This document shows, in pieces, positions 1-13,640 of a stretch of 64,000 bases of DNA. A model generated the notes under the pieces. That model saw nothing but the letters and a program-made list of their open reading frames with translations. It did not search any database and was not told where the DNA came from. This DNA is from Catajapyx aquilonaris (Eukaryota). The position numbers and the translations under genes are program-made. How positions within the stretch are numbered: the stretch's first letter is position 1; each line of letters opens with the position of its first letter. The stretch covers positions 1 to 64,000 of the forward strand of contig JYFJ02001344.1 of NCBI GenBank assembly GCA_000934665.2, in the 5' to 3' direction.

Positions 1-265
1 TGAGTCAGTGAGTGAGTGAGTGTCATATTTTGACCGTTTCGGGAGATTTTAGGATTTTTTAAGTCGGAAATGAAAAGAGATATGAACATGGAAGTAAAGG
101 GGTATTATTTTTAATCGATTTTTATCTACCCAAATAAAAATTTTGAAGCCACCTATGTTCACCAGTGCGAAGATTCGAGGGGGTCAAAATGACGTGAGTT
201 GTGTCGGGTAAAGGTGGTCCGGCAGTGCGGCGAGAACTTGGCGGGGGCACTGCCGTGCCCCCTAA
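1..265 (+). mobile_element. Possible 3' end of a non-autonomous Helitron-like element
   Basis: GTGA microsatellite at the window start; GC-rich hairpin GGGGGCAC-tgcc-GTGCCCCC (243-262) running into CTAA|T, a CTRR-type terminus. Confidence 0.4.
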
Positions 266-469
266 TATTGAAAGATGGAAATGGTGATGGTGAAACAAAT
301 AGGTGATGCTAAAATAATAATAAAAAAGTGATGTGGAAAGACGGAAAAAAGTGATGAAATAATATCGGAGATGAGGATTTGCAGTTACGGTGATGAGAGT
401 GAAAAAGGACGCGTCGCCATCGCTAAACGAATGGTGGAAAAGGAGAGGAAAAGCGGGAAAGGAAATGTA

Positions 470-555
470 CAGGGTGTGTCAGTAAAAGTGTTAGCTCCTT
501 TTCCCATCTTGTTAAGTGGGTCGAAAAATCATCTCAGTTTTTTGGTGTCACCCTG
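470..555. mobile_element. Tiny Tc1/mariner-type MITE
   Basis: TA|CAGGGTG...CACCCTG|TA termini, the same terminal heptamer as the elements at 8471 and 17601. Confidence 0.6.
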
Positions 556-1237
556 TAGCCACAACGGCATCTCAGATTTACAGCCCAGCTTAGGGAATAC
601 TGTCGGTGGCCGGCTCAACTGAAATAGGAGTCTCCTAAACACTATCATAGATACAACCCATTCCTTCAGTACCCCTTTTTTTGGCGACCGACGTCAACAC
701 CCTTCTCTCTCTCTCTCTCAAAAAGAAAAAAAAATAGGGGAAGACTAGCATGGCCATAACATCAGATTTAAGGGCTGGTGGCGCCGCCTGTTTAGACCCG
801 GCTCGAAAAGGGGACACAACCTTGTGATGAGCACTCAAAACCGTCCTGGACAAATCCGGATTCTCTTTTTGTCCGGTTTCAAAATCCGGCAAGCAAATCG
901 ATTTGAATTTGACGGGCTCCACATGGGGGCTCTGATTGGCCGTCTTTTAAGGAAGGCTGGATGTGTCACGCCCGATGATTGGTCAATCTCAACAACAACG
1001 AACCAAAGACGAGGACCGGCCATGTGAACTCAACAGGAACGAACTGAACACGCTGCCATACTTTCGAATGTATAGAAGTCACTGCGTAATATATTTAGTG
1101 GCTCTACTAATATACGATAGTACCCGCTGACAACTAGCTATATTATTGGTTATTTTCGTACCCTTAATCCGCCCTATAACTGTTATTATATTAGTCATAA
1201 TATTATAGCTGGTAATATACATTTTACCTGACTGGTA

Positions 1238-1410
1238 ACATTAGTTTACTAAACTGGTTATAATATTAGTTTACTAAACTGCCTATAATATTAGTTTACT
1301 AAACTGCCTATAATATTAGTTTACTAAACTGGTTACAATATTAGTTTACTAAACTGGTTACAATATTAGTTTACTAAACTGGTTACAATATTAGTTTACT
1401 AAATTGGCTA
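1238..1410. repeat. ~25-bp minisatellite (atattagtttactaaactggttaca)
   Basis: About 6-7 directly visible tandem copies. Confidence 0.85.
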
Positions 1411-3184
1411 TATTACAGTATAATAATTAGTTGTATATTCTTAATAAATTGTTGTGTAATTTAGTGGCTACTATACTAATATCAGAAGCTGATAACTACT
1501 AGTTACATTACTGGTTATTTTCATCGCCTTTTTCCGACCTATAATGGTAATTAATATTAGTCACAAACTCATAATATTAGGCCTATAGCGGCCAATGTCA
1601 ATTTTCCTTGATTGGTTATCATGTTAGTTTAAGAGAATGGTTAGCATATTAGTTTTAAATAATAGGTTAGCATATTAGTTTTGAATAATAGGTTAGCATA
1701 TTAGTTTTAAATAGTCGGTTATGATATTCGTGTTAAATAATAGGTCATGATATTCGTGTTAAATAATAGGTTATGATATTAGTTTTGCTAAATTGGTTCA
1801 CATTAGTTATAAATATTTGGTTATGATATTAGCTTCTAAATCGGCCATATTAGTTTCACTAATATTGGTACAAGCTTACAACATATTGGTTTAATAGTGT
1901 CTATAATAACGGGTATACGGTATACAATAATGATATTAGTTATTAATATTAACTCCATTTTTTTCAAAGGGTGGTTATTCCCATAATTACTATAGAACAT
2001 TTTGAGACAGTAAAGCAGCCGCTATTGTTGTCTCCACCCTGCTGCGAACTACTTTCCGGATAGAGTCTAACAAGCTCTATTCTCTATTACACCCCCTGGA
2101 GGAGGAAAAAGGAGTAGTGAAAAGGGGGCGCTCGCTTCCTTCCATTTCCTCTCCAATGATGCAAACATCATTTATTCCTCCTCCTCCTCCTCCTTCCCCT
2201 ACCTCCCCACCTTCCTCCCTTCCTCCCCGATTGACAACGAAAACTCGTTTCAATGCCTGTGAAATTTGATACAATAGTGCCTCCGCCTTGGCTCCATATT
2301 GAACCTCCACAAAGACCTCTTTAGTATCTGGGCCCGGGGAACCCGATGCGTTTTCTTGGTCCTGTTATTCGACAGGCCCCCATCTTGTTTTCACTATATA
2401 CAGTAGAGAGGGTGAGGATGGGTGAAGTAGAGTGGGGTAAATTCCCGGGGTGATTTTATACTGTGTAGTACAGGGCGAGAGACATCTAGGACAGGCACGG
2501 GGCTAATCCCACTCTCTTTAATCCTTAAAGCCTGCGGGTCAAATCAGAGACTGAGGTCGTCGACCATTTCCGCGGTCAGAAATAGCTACAGGTCACATTA
2601 CGTGTCCCCTATCGAACTGGAGGGGGGAAAAAACTTCATTAGTTTCAACACCTCTTGTGTCGCTTTCGTATCGGAAGATCCAGCACTTTTAACTACTCTC
2701 GCGTGTATCCGCTGGAGGATAGTCTTGTATCCGCTGAAGGATAGGCGTGGATCCCCCGGGAAGGAAGGTTACGTCATGGAGTAGGTTGGTGCATCGTCCC
2801 CCTGTCACCTTCGGCCTCCCACTACGAAAGTCCTCGCACAGTAGCAGCTACTTTGTACATTCTTGGTTAGTAACACTGCTATTACTGCCGTCAGATGTGA
2901 GAGGACCGTAACTCATTATCCACTTCCCTTGCGGCGAGAAAAGAAACCAATGTTGCCGAAAGCATCCAAGAGGTGGCGTTGGGGGAAGGGGGGAAAAGGA
3001 ACGGCACCCCAACTCCTATTGGGTGCTTTTGGTACCACTGCTTTTTTTTTCTCGCCGCAAGGGGAAGTGGACATTGAGATACGGTCTTCTCATATCTGAC
3101 GGCAGATTAGCAGTTTTTGTATTATGATTTTACCCCCATTAGAGGGAGCTAAGCCCTTTTAGGGGGGCGGATTACCACCATTTG

Positions 3185-3464
3185 AATTTTCTGTTTTCTT
3201 CAATCTCTGGTGCAGGGAAATGGATGACAATGGGTAAGGATAGGGATTGATGTGGAGGGAACATGGATGCAAGTGCAATGCAATGTCGTTAAACGGCTCG
3301 TGTGTGGTGTTCCCCAGGAGGTTAGGTTTCCAGACACCTCCAAGGTACAGGTCAGAGACCCTCCCGACGCAGGTGAAAGGGAACTCCCAGGCGGGGATCG
3401 AACCTTGAACCTTTCACTCAGCAAGTCGAGCCGTGACCATCTCGTCCACCACACCTCCCCCTGC
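3185..3464 (-). mobile_element. tRNA-derived SINE
   Basis: Minus strand reads GGTGTGGTGGACGAGATGG (A-box-like) ... GGTTCGATCCCCG (B box), followed by a non-tRNA body and an A-rich end. Confidence 0.6.
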
Positions 3465-4059
3465 TATTAGCAATTTATGACCAGTTATAATAGTAATAGT
3501 TAGTTTAATTATTACTAGCTTTAAGTTGGTCCATAACGGCTGTTGGTATTAGTTACATGATATGGTTATTTTCCTATTTGATCATTAGTTATTAAAATCG
3601 CTAGTTGTTAAAAGCTATTTCGCTTGTTTCATTGGATATTGATATTATAGTGCTGGTTATTTGCCTTTACTCCTTCTATAACCGTTATTAATACGAGTTA
3701 CAAAGAGCGGTTATCGCCATTAGTCGAGTATTAGTTTCCCGTACTCGATATTTTAATGGCGTAGCCGTTTGGTAGTTTTATGGGTTATTGATAGTATGGT
3801 TGGTTTAGAATTCATAGCTGTTTTAGTGTTAATTGGATGTTAATTCATATTAGTTGGTAGCTAGTTATAAACGATATACTAGTAAGAATTATTGCTCTTC
3901 AATAATAGCTATTAGTAATAGCAGTTATTAATAATAGTTATTCTTGTAAGAATTATTGTGCTTTAATAACAGTTATTCTTGTCAGAATTATTGCGCTTTA
4001 ATAATAGTTATGCTGGTAAGAATTATTGCGCTTTAATAATAGTTATTAGTAATAGTGAT

Positions 4060-4312
4060 GGCGGTACGGTGGTGCGATTAGCGCCACAGGCTTCCACCTC
4101 TAAGGCCCCGAGTTCGCTCCCCGGATCAGACAGAGGATACTTATGTGTATAAAGAATTTCGATGGGTTCTGTCCGTGTTCGCGTGGGTTTTCTCGGGGTC
4201 CCGTTTCCTCCCACTATCAAAACCCATTACATCAAAGGCAATGATTAAAGTCGGTTAATTAAAAAGATGATCCCCTAAATATCCGAAGGAGGCTTATCAC
4301 GGGGTATCCATT
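4060..4312 (+). mobile_element. tRNA-derived SINE with a V-domain-like core
   Basis: Head ggcggtacggtggtgcgattag...gagttcgctcccc (A/B boxes); central gcgtgggttttctcggggtcccgtttcctcccac resembles the V-SINE core motif; inserted in AT-rich repeats. Confidence 0.6.
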
Positions 4313-5335
4313 ATTAGTGTAGTAATAGTAGTTATTAATAGTAGATGTCATGATCATACTGTTTGCAGAGTATAAATGCCCACTTCAGTTCTAACAGAAA
4401 GGTGTCGTGTGAACGGCACGAACTGGAACGTGCCGGGCCGATCCGATTGTTTCCGCCCAGGCTCGTTTGAACAGCAATGGATCGGAACGTACCGAGCGCT
4501 CCATGCCGCGCGGTGCCGCACGGCAACAAGGTGAGTGAATGATCTGTGGCACAAACAGCACGAGGCGCCATTTCCTGTCCCGTTTTCATTACCGTTTCCC
4601 TTTTCGCCCAACCGCCGCCTAATTAGCAGTGTGGCCAGGCCTCAAATCCCTTCCACAGAAGAGATTAACAAGCAGCCAGGTTTTCAGCCCAAAAGACAAA
4701 CCGGGACCAGAAGTCGCTGCGACCACTACTCTTCAAAGCTAATCGCCGAGGCTCTTCCTTTTTCTATATATATACTGTATATAAACAGCTCCCATCCACT
4801 GTCTATTACTAGCCAGGCTCAGACGGAAATAAATAGTGATTAGCCAATCAGGTCATTTCCTCTCCTCCCAGCAACCAAACCCGGAAATGCTTCTCGCGAG
4901 TGAGCTACCCTCAATAAAAACCCTCTACCTTCCACAGTCCCTTTATATTTACAGCCGCATTACACTTGGGCGGCCATGTTGGGTCCGACCGTCACGTAAG
5001 CTGTGTTTCCACTGTTACGGATAAAAAGGGGGTCGGGATATGTCCAAATTAATGGTGATTAACTTTAAATCCATTCTTGTTTGCTGGCAGTAAAAGGACA
5101 TCCCGGCAGGACGTGATGTGTCAGTGGAGTTTTATTTGCTGGATGTCTGTTGCAGGAGGGGCTGCATTTACTGCCAGGTATAAAATGGGTGCTATTGCGG
5201 TATTTAGTGGAGTAATCTGGGCACTTTTAACTGGGGGAGGGAAGCGGGTGGGGGGATTATGGTAAGCTGATTAGAGTGGGTGCCAAAAGTTGCTGAGTAC
5301 AGAGCAGCCCCCTATACCAGTACATTGCTACCCCC

Positions 5336-5608
5336 GTGAGCTTAGCTAATCTCCCCGACCGATGGGGGTTGGCCACGTTGGGCGCTAGAGTCAAGTGCCA
5401 CTACAGGTGGCGCCTTACCTAGCGGGGAAATTCTGAACACTTTTGGTCGACTCCGATTGGCTGGCATCCTTGGGCAGNCCAGCCAATCGGAGTCGACCAA
5501 AAGTGTTCAGAATTTCCCCGCTAGGTAAGGCGCCACCTGTAGTGGCACTTGACTCTAGCGCCCAACGTGGCCAACCCCCATCGGTCGGGGAGATTAGGTA
5601 AGTTCACG
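5336..5608. repeat. Inverted repeat with ~130-bp arms centred on an N
   Basis: 5336-5464 is the near-perfect reverse complement of 5479-5608. The N at 5478 means the middle may be collapsed. Confidence 0.75.
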
Positions 5609-6270
5609 CGAATAGAGGGCGAGTGACAGGTGGGGCTGGTACAGAGTGAGACACAAAATGTGGCACACTACTTCACCGGAAGTGAAGGCGGAAGTGACGC
5701 TGTAACCAATCACAGAGGTTTCAAGTTGCTTAACCATATTTGCAGTTAAATATTAAGTATTTTCCTTAAACACATTTATTTATACGGTGCATGTTATTAT
5801 ATTTGTTATATATTATATTTTTGTTATATATTATATTTTTGCTATATATTATATTTGTTATATATTATATTTTTGTTATTTATTATATATTTGTGGTATT
5901 TATTCATTTGTAACTTATATTACCACTTTTATTTTTGCATAATATATTATGATTTATTTTATTTGTATCATTTATTTCATTGGTATATTATTTATTTGTG
6001 TTATTTATTTCATTGGTATCTGTACGCTTATGATATTCACGCGTTAAAATTATTTTGATTGCGTTATTCCTTATATTGATCTATTTTGTTTTTGGAATGT
6101 TTATTTCTTTATTTTATTTTATTAACGTTTATTTTATTTATATTTATTCATATTTTGATATTTACTTATTTCACGTATTATTTATTTAACTTGTTAGACA
6201 ATTCATTTGTTCCTCCCCTTATTTGTTTTATTTTTATTGTTTATTTATTTGATTTGATTTACTTTAATTA

Positions 6271-7595
6271 CACAGCGCAACAAAAAAAAAACTTTCGGCG
6301 TGTTATTCAGAAACCACTATGCACATCATGTTAGTAGGACCCAAAGTAGCTGGGAAACGCCCGGGATTTCTCTCCCAAAATCTGCAGTGGGTCAGGGTGA
6401 CCAAAAATGCGAAAAATTCAAAATATTGACGTTTTTTGGCCTATTTCCAGGTCTGGCAACCACTGTAAGTTTCGGATTTTGTTTTTGCTGGCATTAGGTG
6501 TTACCTGGGACTGGTCTGAAGCCACTATGGTGTTTAAAGTCAATCTTTTATAGAAACTGTGGTTTTCCAGGGTCCTTCTTATGGAAAAAATTCCGATTTT
6601 TGGTACTTTTTCGTCAATTTTTGGGGAACAGTGTATGGACTTTTTTTTAAAAAAAGTGTAGCGTAATGGGCTCTTTAGAGACCCTACAATCAAGGAGTAA
6701 TAGTAGAACTTTCCTATGCAACCCTAGTACGCGTGTGCAAAAGCCTAATCTTGGGTAAAATCGCGTTTTTTCGCATTTTTGGTGATTTGACTTTTTTCAA
6801 CATTTAAAACCAAATATTCCTCGTCTATAAAATATATGAATTCTTCTGAGTCTAACAAACTGTCAGGGACCCCCATAGTATGGAAAAAGACTGCGATTTC
6901 CATAAGCAACCTATGTACGCGTGTATTTTTTTTGTGCGCGTACGCGTACATGGGTTGCTTATGGAAATCGCAGTCTTTTTCCATACTATGGGGGTCCCTG
7001 ACAGTTTGTTAGACTAAGAAGAATTCATATATTTTATAGACGAGGAATATTTGGTTTTAAATGTTGAAAAAAGTCAAATCACCAAAAATGCGAAAAAACG
7101 CGATTTTACCCAAGATTAGGCTTTTGCACACGCGTACTAGGGTTGCATAGGAAAGTTCTACTATTACTCCTTGATTGTAGGGTCTCTAAAGAGCCCATTA
7201 CGCTACACTTTTTTAAAAAAAAAGAAGTCCATACACTGTTCCCAAAAAATTGACGAAAAAGTACCAAAAAACGGAATTTTTTCCATAAAAAGGACCCTGG
7301 AAAACCACAGTTTCTATAAAAGATTGACTTTAAACACCATAGTGGCTTCAGACTAGACCCAGGTAACACCCAATGCCAGCAAAAACAAAATCCGAAACTT
7401 ACAGTGGTTGCCAGACCTGGAAATAGGCCAAAAAACGTCAATATTTTGAATTTTTCGCATTTTTGGTCACCCTGACCCACTGCAGATTTTGGGAGAGAAA
7501 TCCCGGGCGTTTCCCAGCTACTTTGGGTCCTACTAACATGATGTGCATAGTGGTTTCCGAATAACACGCCGAAAGTTTTTTTTTGTTGCGCTGTG
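6271..7595. mobile_element. 1.3-kb foldback/palindromic non-autonomous DNA transposon (CAC...GTG termini, TTA duplication; Chapaev3-like)
   Basis: Two ~655-bp arms in inverted orientation around ~6935, with scattered mismatches; TTA|CACAGCGC...GCGCTGTG|TTA. It explains the mirrored ORFs 6300/7106 and 6418/7171. Confidence 0.75.
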
Positions 7596-8470
7596 TTATT
7601 TATTTCCCTTGCCTACTACTTATTGTATGGTAATTTAATAACTGTTATCATTAATTAATATACTAATTTAACCTAATACTTCAAAGTTGCAGTATTACAG
7701 ATTAAATAAGTATCCGTTTCAACCAGACAAGTTCTTGTCTGGTTGAAACGGACCGGATCAGCCCGGCACGTTCCAGCGCCCGCCCGTGTAAATGCGACCC
7801 ACATCCTCCCAGAATCCGTAGCTCACACCCGAAAACAGACAGCGATTTTAGACAGCCCAGTTTTAGCATCCAACCGGTTTTAATCTCTACTCTTGGAGGG
7901 CCGTGCCTGAAAACCTCCGCGCCGAATCTAATCCCCCATGATTACTGCATCCCACTGTCTCTGTCTTTCTCTCTGGACCCCCCAAAAAACATATAAGAAC
8001 ATGCCAAATATATAAATATCGCTAAAAGAGGGGGGGGGGGAGAGAGAAAGAACAGTCCTCGCTCGCTTCCCCCCACTGCCTTTGTGCATACAGAAGTGAA
8101 ATAAATCTGCCTACAGGCATTTCTATGCACTTCTCTCTCGCTTTTCATGAGGGAGAGAAGGGGGGGGGGCTGAGAAATGGGCCAAAAGAAGCAAGCCTTG
8201 CGTGAGGAATGAGACCCGTCTCCGAATTAGTCGAACCGATGCACTTGGTCCTTCCTCCCCCTCCTTCATACACTACATCCCCCCAACAATCGCATTCTTC
8301 CAAACCACAACCAAAATAATTATTATACACAGTTATAAAGAGTGGAGGTGAACGAAATGAACTCATGTAAAACGCCAAAAGCGCGGGTGCCTCGGGTTTC
8401 ACACCCATCTAGAGACCGCCGGATTATGTATTACGCTATGTTATAATATTGTGTGCTGTACGGTATTATA

Positions 8471-9032
8471 CAGGGTGTTTATTGTAACTCTGCAAAGACT
8501 TTCATGGGTAATAGAGGGGACCAAGACAAGTATTTTTGACATAGGAACCCGTGTCCGGAAACGCCATCTAGAGGGGGTTCATAGACAAGGAACGGGTGCG
8601 CTCAGACGCGTCACGCGAGAGGTGCTAGGTGAGCGGATTGTTTTGTTGATAGATGGCGCTCGGATAGTAACCAACGATGCGATGTGCCATAACCTGGCAA
8701 TAACAGAGCCATCTAGCAACTAAAGTACGCCTCCTAGGAGATGCGCGGATAGTCAACAGCGGATTTGCTGTTGCCAGGTTATGGCGTATCGAGTTGTTGT
8801 TTACTTACAACGACGCGATACGCCATAACCTGGCAACAACTGCGCGTCATCTATCAACAAAACAGTCCGCTCTCCTAGCGCCTCTCGCGTGACGCGTCTG
8901 AGCGCACCCGTTCCTTGTCTATGAACCCCCTCTAAATGGCGTTTCCGGACATGGGTTCCTATGTCAAAAATACTTGTCTTGGTCCCCTCTATTACCCCTG
9001 AAAGTCTTTGCAGAGTTACAATAAACACCCTG
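8471..9032. mobile_element. Tc1/mariner-type MITE with long TIRs
   Basis: TA|CAGGGTGTTTATTGTAACTCTGC...GCAGAGTTACAATAAACACCCTG|TA; TIRs about 180 bp. Confidence 0.85.
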
Positions 9033-9169
9033 TATATGTATTGTATTATGGATAATGCATTGTGTATTATTTGTGTATTATATGCATTATGTATTATTTG
9101 TGTATTATATATGCATTATGTATTAATTATTTATGTCATGTATGTAGGCCTATTGTATAATTATGTAGC

Positions 9170-9630
9170 CTACTATGTATGAATTGTATATTATGTACTA
9201 TGTATGTATTGTATATTATGTACTATGTATATATTGTATATTATGTACTATGTATATATTGTATATTATGTACTATGTATATATTGTATATTATGTACTA
9301 TGTATGTATTGTACATTATGTACTATGTATGTATTGTACATTATGTACTATGTATGCATTGTATATTATGTACTATGTATGCATTGTATATTATGTACTA
9401 TATGCATATAATATGTATATAATTATGTACTCTATGTATATATGTAGGCCTATTGTATATGTAGCCTACTATGTATGAATGGTATATTATGTACTATGTA
9501 TGAATGGTATATTATGTAGGCTACTATGTATGAATGGTATATTATGTACTATGTATGAATTGTATATTATGTACTATGTATGAATTGTATATTATGTACT
9601 ATGTATGAATTGTATAATTATGTACTATAT
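9170..9630. repeat. 27-bp AT-rich minisatellite (tatgtactatgtatgtattgtatat)
   Basis: Many tandem copies; they generate the Y/C/I/M-rich spurious ORFs here. Confidence 0.9.
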
Positions 9631-11829
9631 GTATGTAATATATACTTGGTATTATGTATTATGTATTAGTATCTATGTATTTTTTGTAATATTTTATGTG
9701 TGTAGGCCCTATTTTATGTGTGTATTTTATGTCATATTTATGCACTGTTTGGGTAATGTTTTATGTACTATTCCTCTACTATTCCTGTAATATTCCTGTA
9801 ATATTCATGTATTAGTTTACACAATATTTATATAACTTTTGTATCGTGTATGTAATTTTTGTGTTATTTATGTAATTTTTGTATTATATAATGTAATGTT
9901 TATGTATTATTATTTGTGTCATTTTAATGTATTAGATTACAGCAGCATATTGTATATAGCCTATTATTTAATAGTCCAATACAAATATTTTATCATATGT
10001 AGTGCATTATGTAGTACATTGTTATGTGTATGTATATAAGCCAAGAATTGTTTGTTTGTTTGTCCAGATCGGGTTGCAAAAGGAGCACTCCGCTCGCCAG
10101 ATAGAGAAGAGCAGCCACGCCATCTCTGGAATCCCGCTCGAACTTTCCATTGCGTGTATTGCAGCTTCCAAGTCCGTCTCTTGAGACAATATATTGTCCA
10201 TCAATGGCACGTCGAAAGCAGGTCCCCGTAACACTCTGGGGTCTTCCTCCATCCCGCCCAGTCCATGTTAGCGACACTGACAGCTGATGTTGCCCTCTGG
10301 CAACGAAACCAAAATCTGAAGATACGAAACAGCAAGCAAAGCAAGGCAGGCCACCCCCCCCCCCCCCAACCCCCCCTTTGCCTGACATTCTTCCAATAAA
10401 TTATACATGAGATGCAGAGACCAAAATCCACTCCAAACACCCAAGGTAAGCAAAAGGGAATACGGAGAAGGGGGAGGGGTGGGTGGGGAGGGTTGGGTAC
10501 TACTAAGCCTTCTCTTGGCACCAAACTTCTCCGGGCACTTATTACATTTCCTGAATCCGGACTCACGCCAGGAGGAGCCTACAGTTAACCGGCTTAGAGG
10601 GCCTCTCTCTCTCTTGCTTTTCCTTCACGCTAGTTCCCAGGTGAGGACTTTGCAAATTTTTTTTTTGAGAGTGACAGAACATTTTTTTTGGCCAACCATG
10701 GCCCAGCAGGCACGGTGACGTAATTCCTACACTACATGCCTTAAAACTTATTTTTAAATCTTAAATACCAGAATAGCATGCGAAAATGTTTGCAAAAGAG
10801 TAAAATAGCAAATTAGGTGCGTGTGACCGAAAACTTCGTGTTAATATTTGCAAAGTTCATACACTTCAAAGCAAAAGCTTTTTTTTCGTAATAAAATTTT
10901 GCCTCGTTATAAAACCACTAACTCTGGTTCTACCTAAGGTGTACATAAGCTGATCCGTTCGCACAAAATTAGCAGACATTTTTTGCAACGAATTATGCAA
11001 CACTTGAAGTACAGTTAGTACATACTGTATAGAGCCAGCAATATAATCAAGTAATGCCTTCAAATATTGTTACCATAAGCTACTTATTTCAGGCATTTAA
11101 CAGCTATTTTTGAAAATATTAGCTGGCAATAATTAGCAATTTTAACAATTAGTTGCTCATTTCAGTCGTTACGTAACAGTTACTAATTTTCGAAAATGTC
11201 AGCTGGCAATATCCATCCATGTTTAACAATTTTTATCACAACCTGCTGATTTTCTTGATATTTTAACAGATATTAGCAAGAGCTGATATTAGTAGTTGTC
11301 AAAAATATTAGCTGCCAATAGTCATGTTTATTATTTTCTACTATAAGCTACTTATTCAGGCTCTTAGTTGCTTTTGAAAGTATTAGCTGATAATATTCAA
11401 TAATGTTCAGCCATTTTACCATAAGCTGCTTTTCCAGGCATTTTTGTAACAGGTTTTTGTCACAAATATTAGCTAGTAATAGTAATGTTTAACTATTTCT
11501 ACTATAAGCTGCTTATTCAGTCTCTTAGTAAGTTACGGTACTTTTGAAAGTATTAGCTGGTAATATTCAATAATGATTAGCCATTTTACCATAAGCTGCT
11601 TTTACAAGCATTTTGTAACCGTTTTATCACAAAAATTAGCTAGTATCGTAATAGTTTAACAATTTCTACTACAAGCTACTTATTCAGGCTGTTTCTGAGT
11701 CTCTTTTGAAAGTATATTAGCTGGTAATATTCAATAATGTTTAGCCATTTTACCATAAGCTGCTTTTCCAGGCATTTTGTAAGTTTTTTTTGTCACAAAA
11801 TTAATAATAATTAATAATAATAATTTAAT

Positions 11830-12113
11830 TTGATACCCCATTATCAGCCTACGGGCTTTCCTAGGGGGGGATTTCTCCCAATTTTTGTCTGGAACTCTTC
11901 CATTTTTACTATTTTTCTCATCACCGGAATGAAAGCAGGGAAAGGGTAGGAAGGAGGCGGCTGTGGCCTATATTACGGTAACGACCCCGGAATTATCCTG
12001 CAAGGACCATGGGAAACCACAGAAAACCATGGTCAGGGTCGCCGGCCTCCGGGATTCGAACCCAGGACCTCCCGATTAGCAGTCGGTCACCATACCACTA
12101 CACCACTACTGCT
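11830..12113 (-). mobile_element. tRNA-derived SINE of a type common in arthropods
   Basis: Minus strand GTAGTGTGGTAGTGGTATGG...CTGGGTTCGAATCCCGG (B box), then gaccctgaccatggttttctgtggtttccc...ggccacagccgcctccttcc. A fragment of the same body is at ~53897-53935. Confidence 0.7.
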
Positions 12114-13099
12114 TCGGTTCACAAAATTAATATTAGCTGGTAATATTCGGTTGCTTCTCTTCGACGGGTGCCTCTCAATCTTTCCTGAGAACTTTGAGCA
12201 GTAGTTCATTCCCCTCCAAAATTTCTCACCATCTTCTTCCCTAAGGTGCCATCCGCATCTGGGACAAAAATCCGTGGATCTGAAACTTGCCAAAACCCAA
12301 GCGCAGATAATGACTATCAATGGCACAGCCAAGCACAATCCTTCTCTTCTTTTTTTTGTCCCACCTCCCAAACTTCCACCTTTTAATGCATTTTACATCG
12401 CTTCGCCATGGGCCATACCTGATACTTCCATTACAGCAATGCCCCTCTATCCCCCTTTCGTTTCCTTCTGCTTGAGAATTAAGACATTCCTCTTGCTCCC
12501 TTCCTTTTTCCCCCTTCCCCATCTTGCTAAGTACGACACTTTCCCACGCCAAGCGCCAAAATGAAAGAAGAATGAAGAAGAAGAAGAAGAATTATTCATT
12601 GCCATTTGGAAGAGGGGGGGCCCCAGCTTCAAACTCTGAGGGGTGGAAAAAGAAACCTCCTCTTCCCCCCCACGTTTCTTGAAGCTTTGCCTCCCGGATT
12701 TAAGATGCCGGCCTGAGATATGCAGAACAACAGACTTTATAAATGTAAATGATGTCTACATCTGCCCTGGCTCCTCTTCGCGCTTATGGTGTGATTATAG
12801 ACTAGGTGGAAGGAAGGCTGGGGGAGAGAGGAAGAAAACAGTTGGCACCTCGTTTGTAGGTAATTCCATGCGAAAGACTGACAAATTTTAAGACTCCCCT
12901 GCCGACTCAATCTGTTTAAATTTTATTCCAAGAAAGAAGTAGGAAAAACGGCTGAGAATGAGCGATTGTATTGTTTTCCATAACTGCTAAAAGTAACTGT
13001 TATATATGAAGCAAATTCTTGCCAAAAATAGGGCATATCGCTACTTGCCCAGTTTGTTCCGTAAATTCCGCGATTTTTTAACGTAACAGTAATATTTAA

Positions 13100-13640
13100 T
13101 TTACGTAAGTTAAGGTTACGTAAGTAGACTGCGTAAGTAAAGGTTACGTAAGCAGACTACTTAAGTTATTAAGGCTACGTAAGCAGGCCTACTGCAGACT
13201 ACGTAAGTTGAGGTTACGTAAGTAGACTGCGTAAGTAAAGTTACGTAAGCAGGCTACGTAAGTTAAGGCTACGTAAGCAGACCTACTGTAGACTACGTAA
13301 GTTAAGGTTACGTAAGTACTGTAGACTACTATACGTAAGTTAAGGCTACGTAAGTACTGTAGACTACTATACGTAAGTTAAGGCTACGTAAGTACTGTAG
13401 ACTACTATACTTAAGTTAAGGCTACGTAAGTACTGTAGACTACTATACGTAAGTTAAGGCTACGTAAGTACTGTAAGCTACGTAAGTTAAGGCTACGTAA
13501 GTACTGTAAGCTACGTAAGTAAAGGCTACGTAAGTAGACTACATAAGTACTGCAGACTACCTGACTACGTAAGTAAAGGCTACGTAAGTAGACTACATAA
13601 GTACTGCAGACTACCTGACTACGCAAGCAGATTTCATAAG
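13100..13640. repeat. Complex minisatellite built on tacgtaag units (28- and 37-bp periods)
   Basis: Directly visible tandem repeats of tacgtaagttaaggctacgtaagtactgtagac. Confidence 0.9.

Noticed and set aside
5336..5608. A functional hairpin RNA or miRNA precursor
   Set aside because: The centre contains an N (assembly join), so the true structure is unknown; more likely the TIRs of a collapsed element.
6300..7567. Mirrored ORF pairs of 61-153 aa
   Set aside because: Artefacts of the large palindrome; no recognisable domain.
10022..10252. 76-aa minus-strand ORF MEEDPRVLRG... with nearby splice-like signals
   Set aside because: The composition looks coding-like, but I recognise no family and cannot build a consistent gene model; it needs blastx or RNA-seq.
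3385..12113. tRNA genes at ~3385-3464, ~4060-4130 and ~12040-12113
   Set aside because: A/B boxes are present but there is no complete cloverleaf, and each continues into a SINE body.
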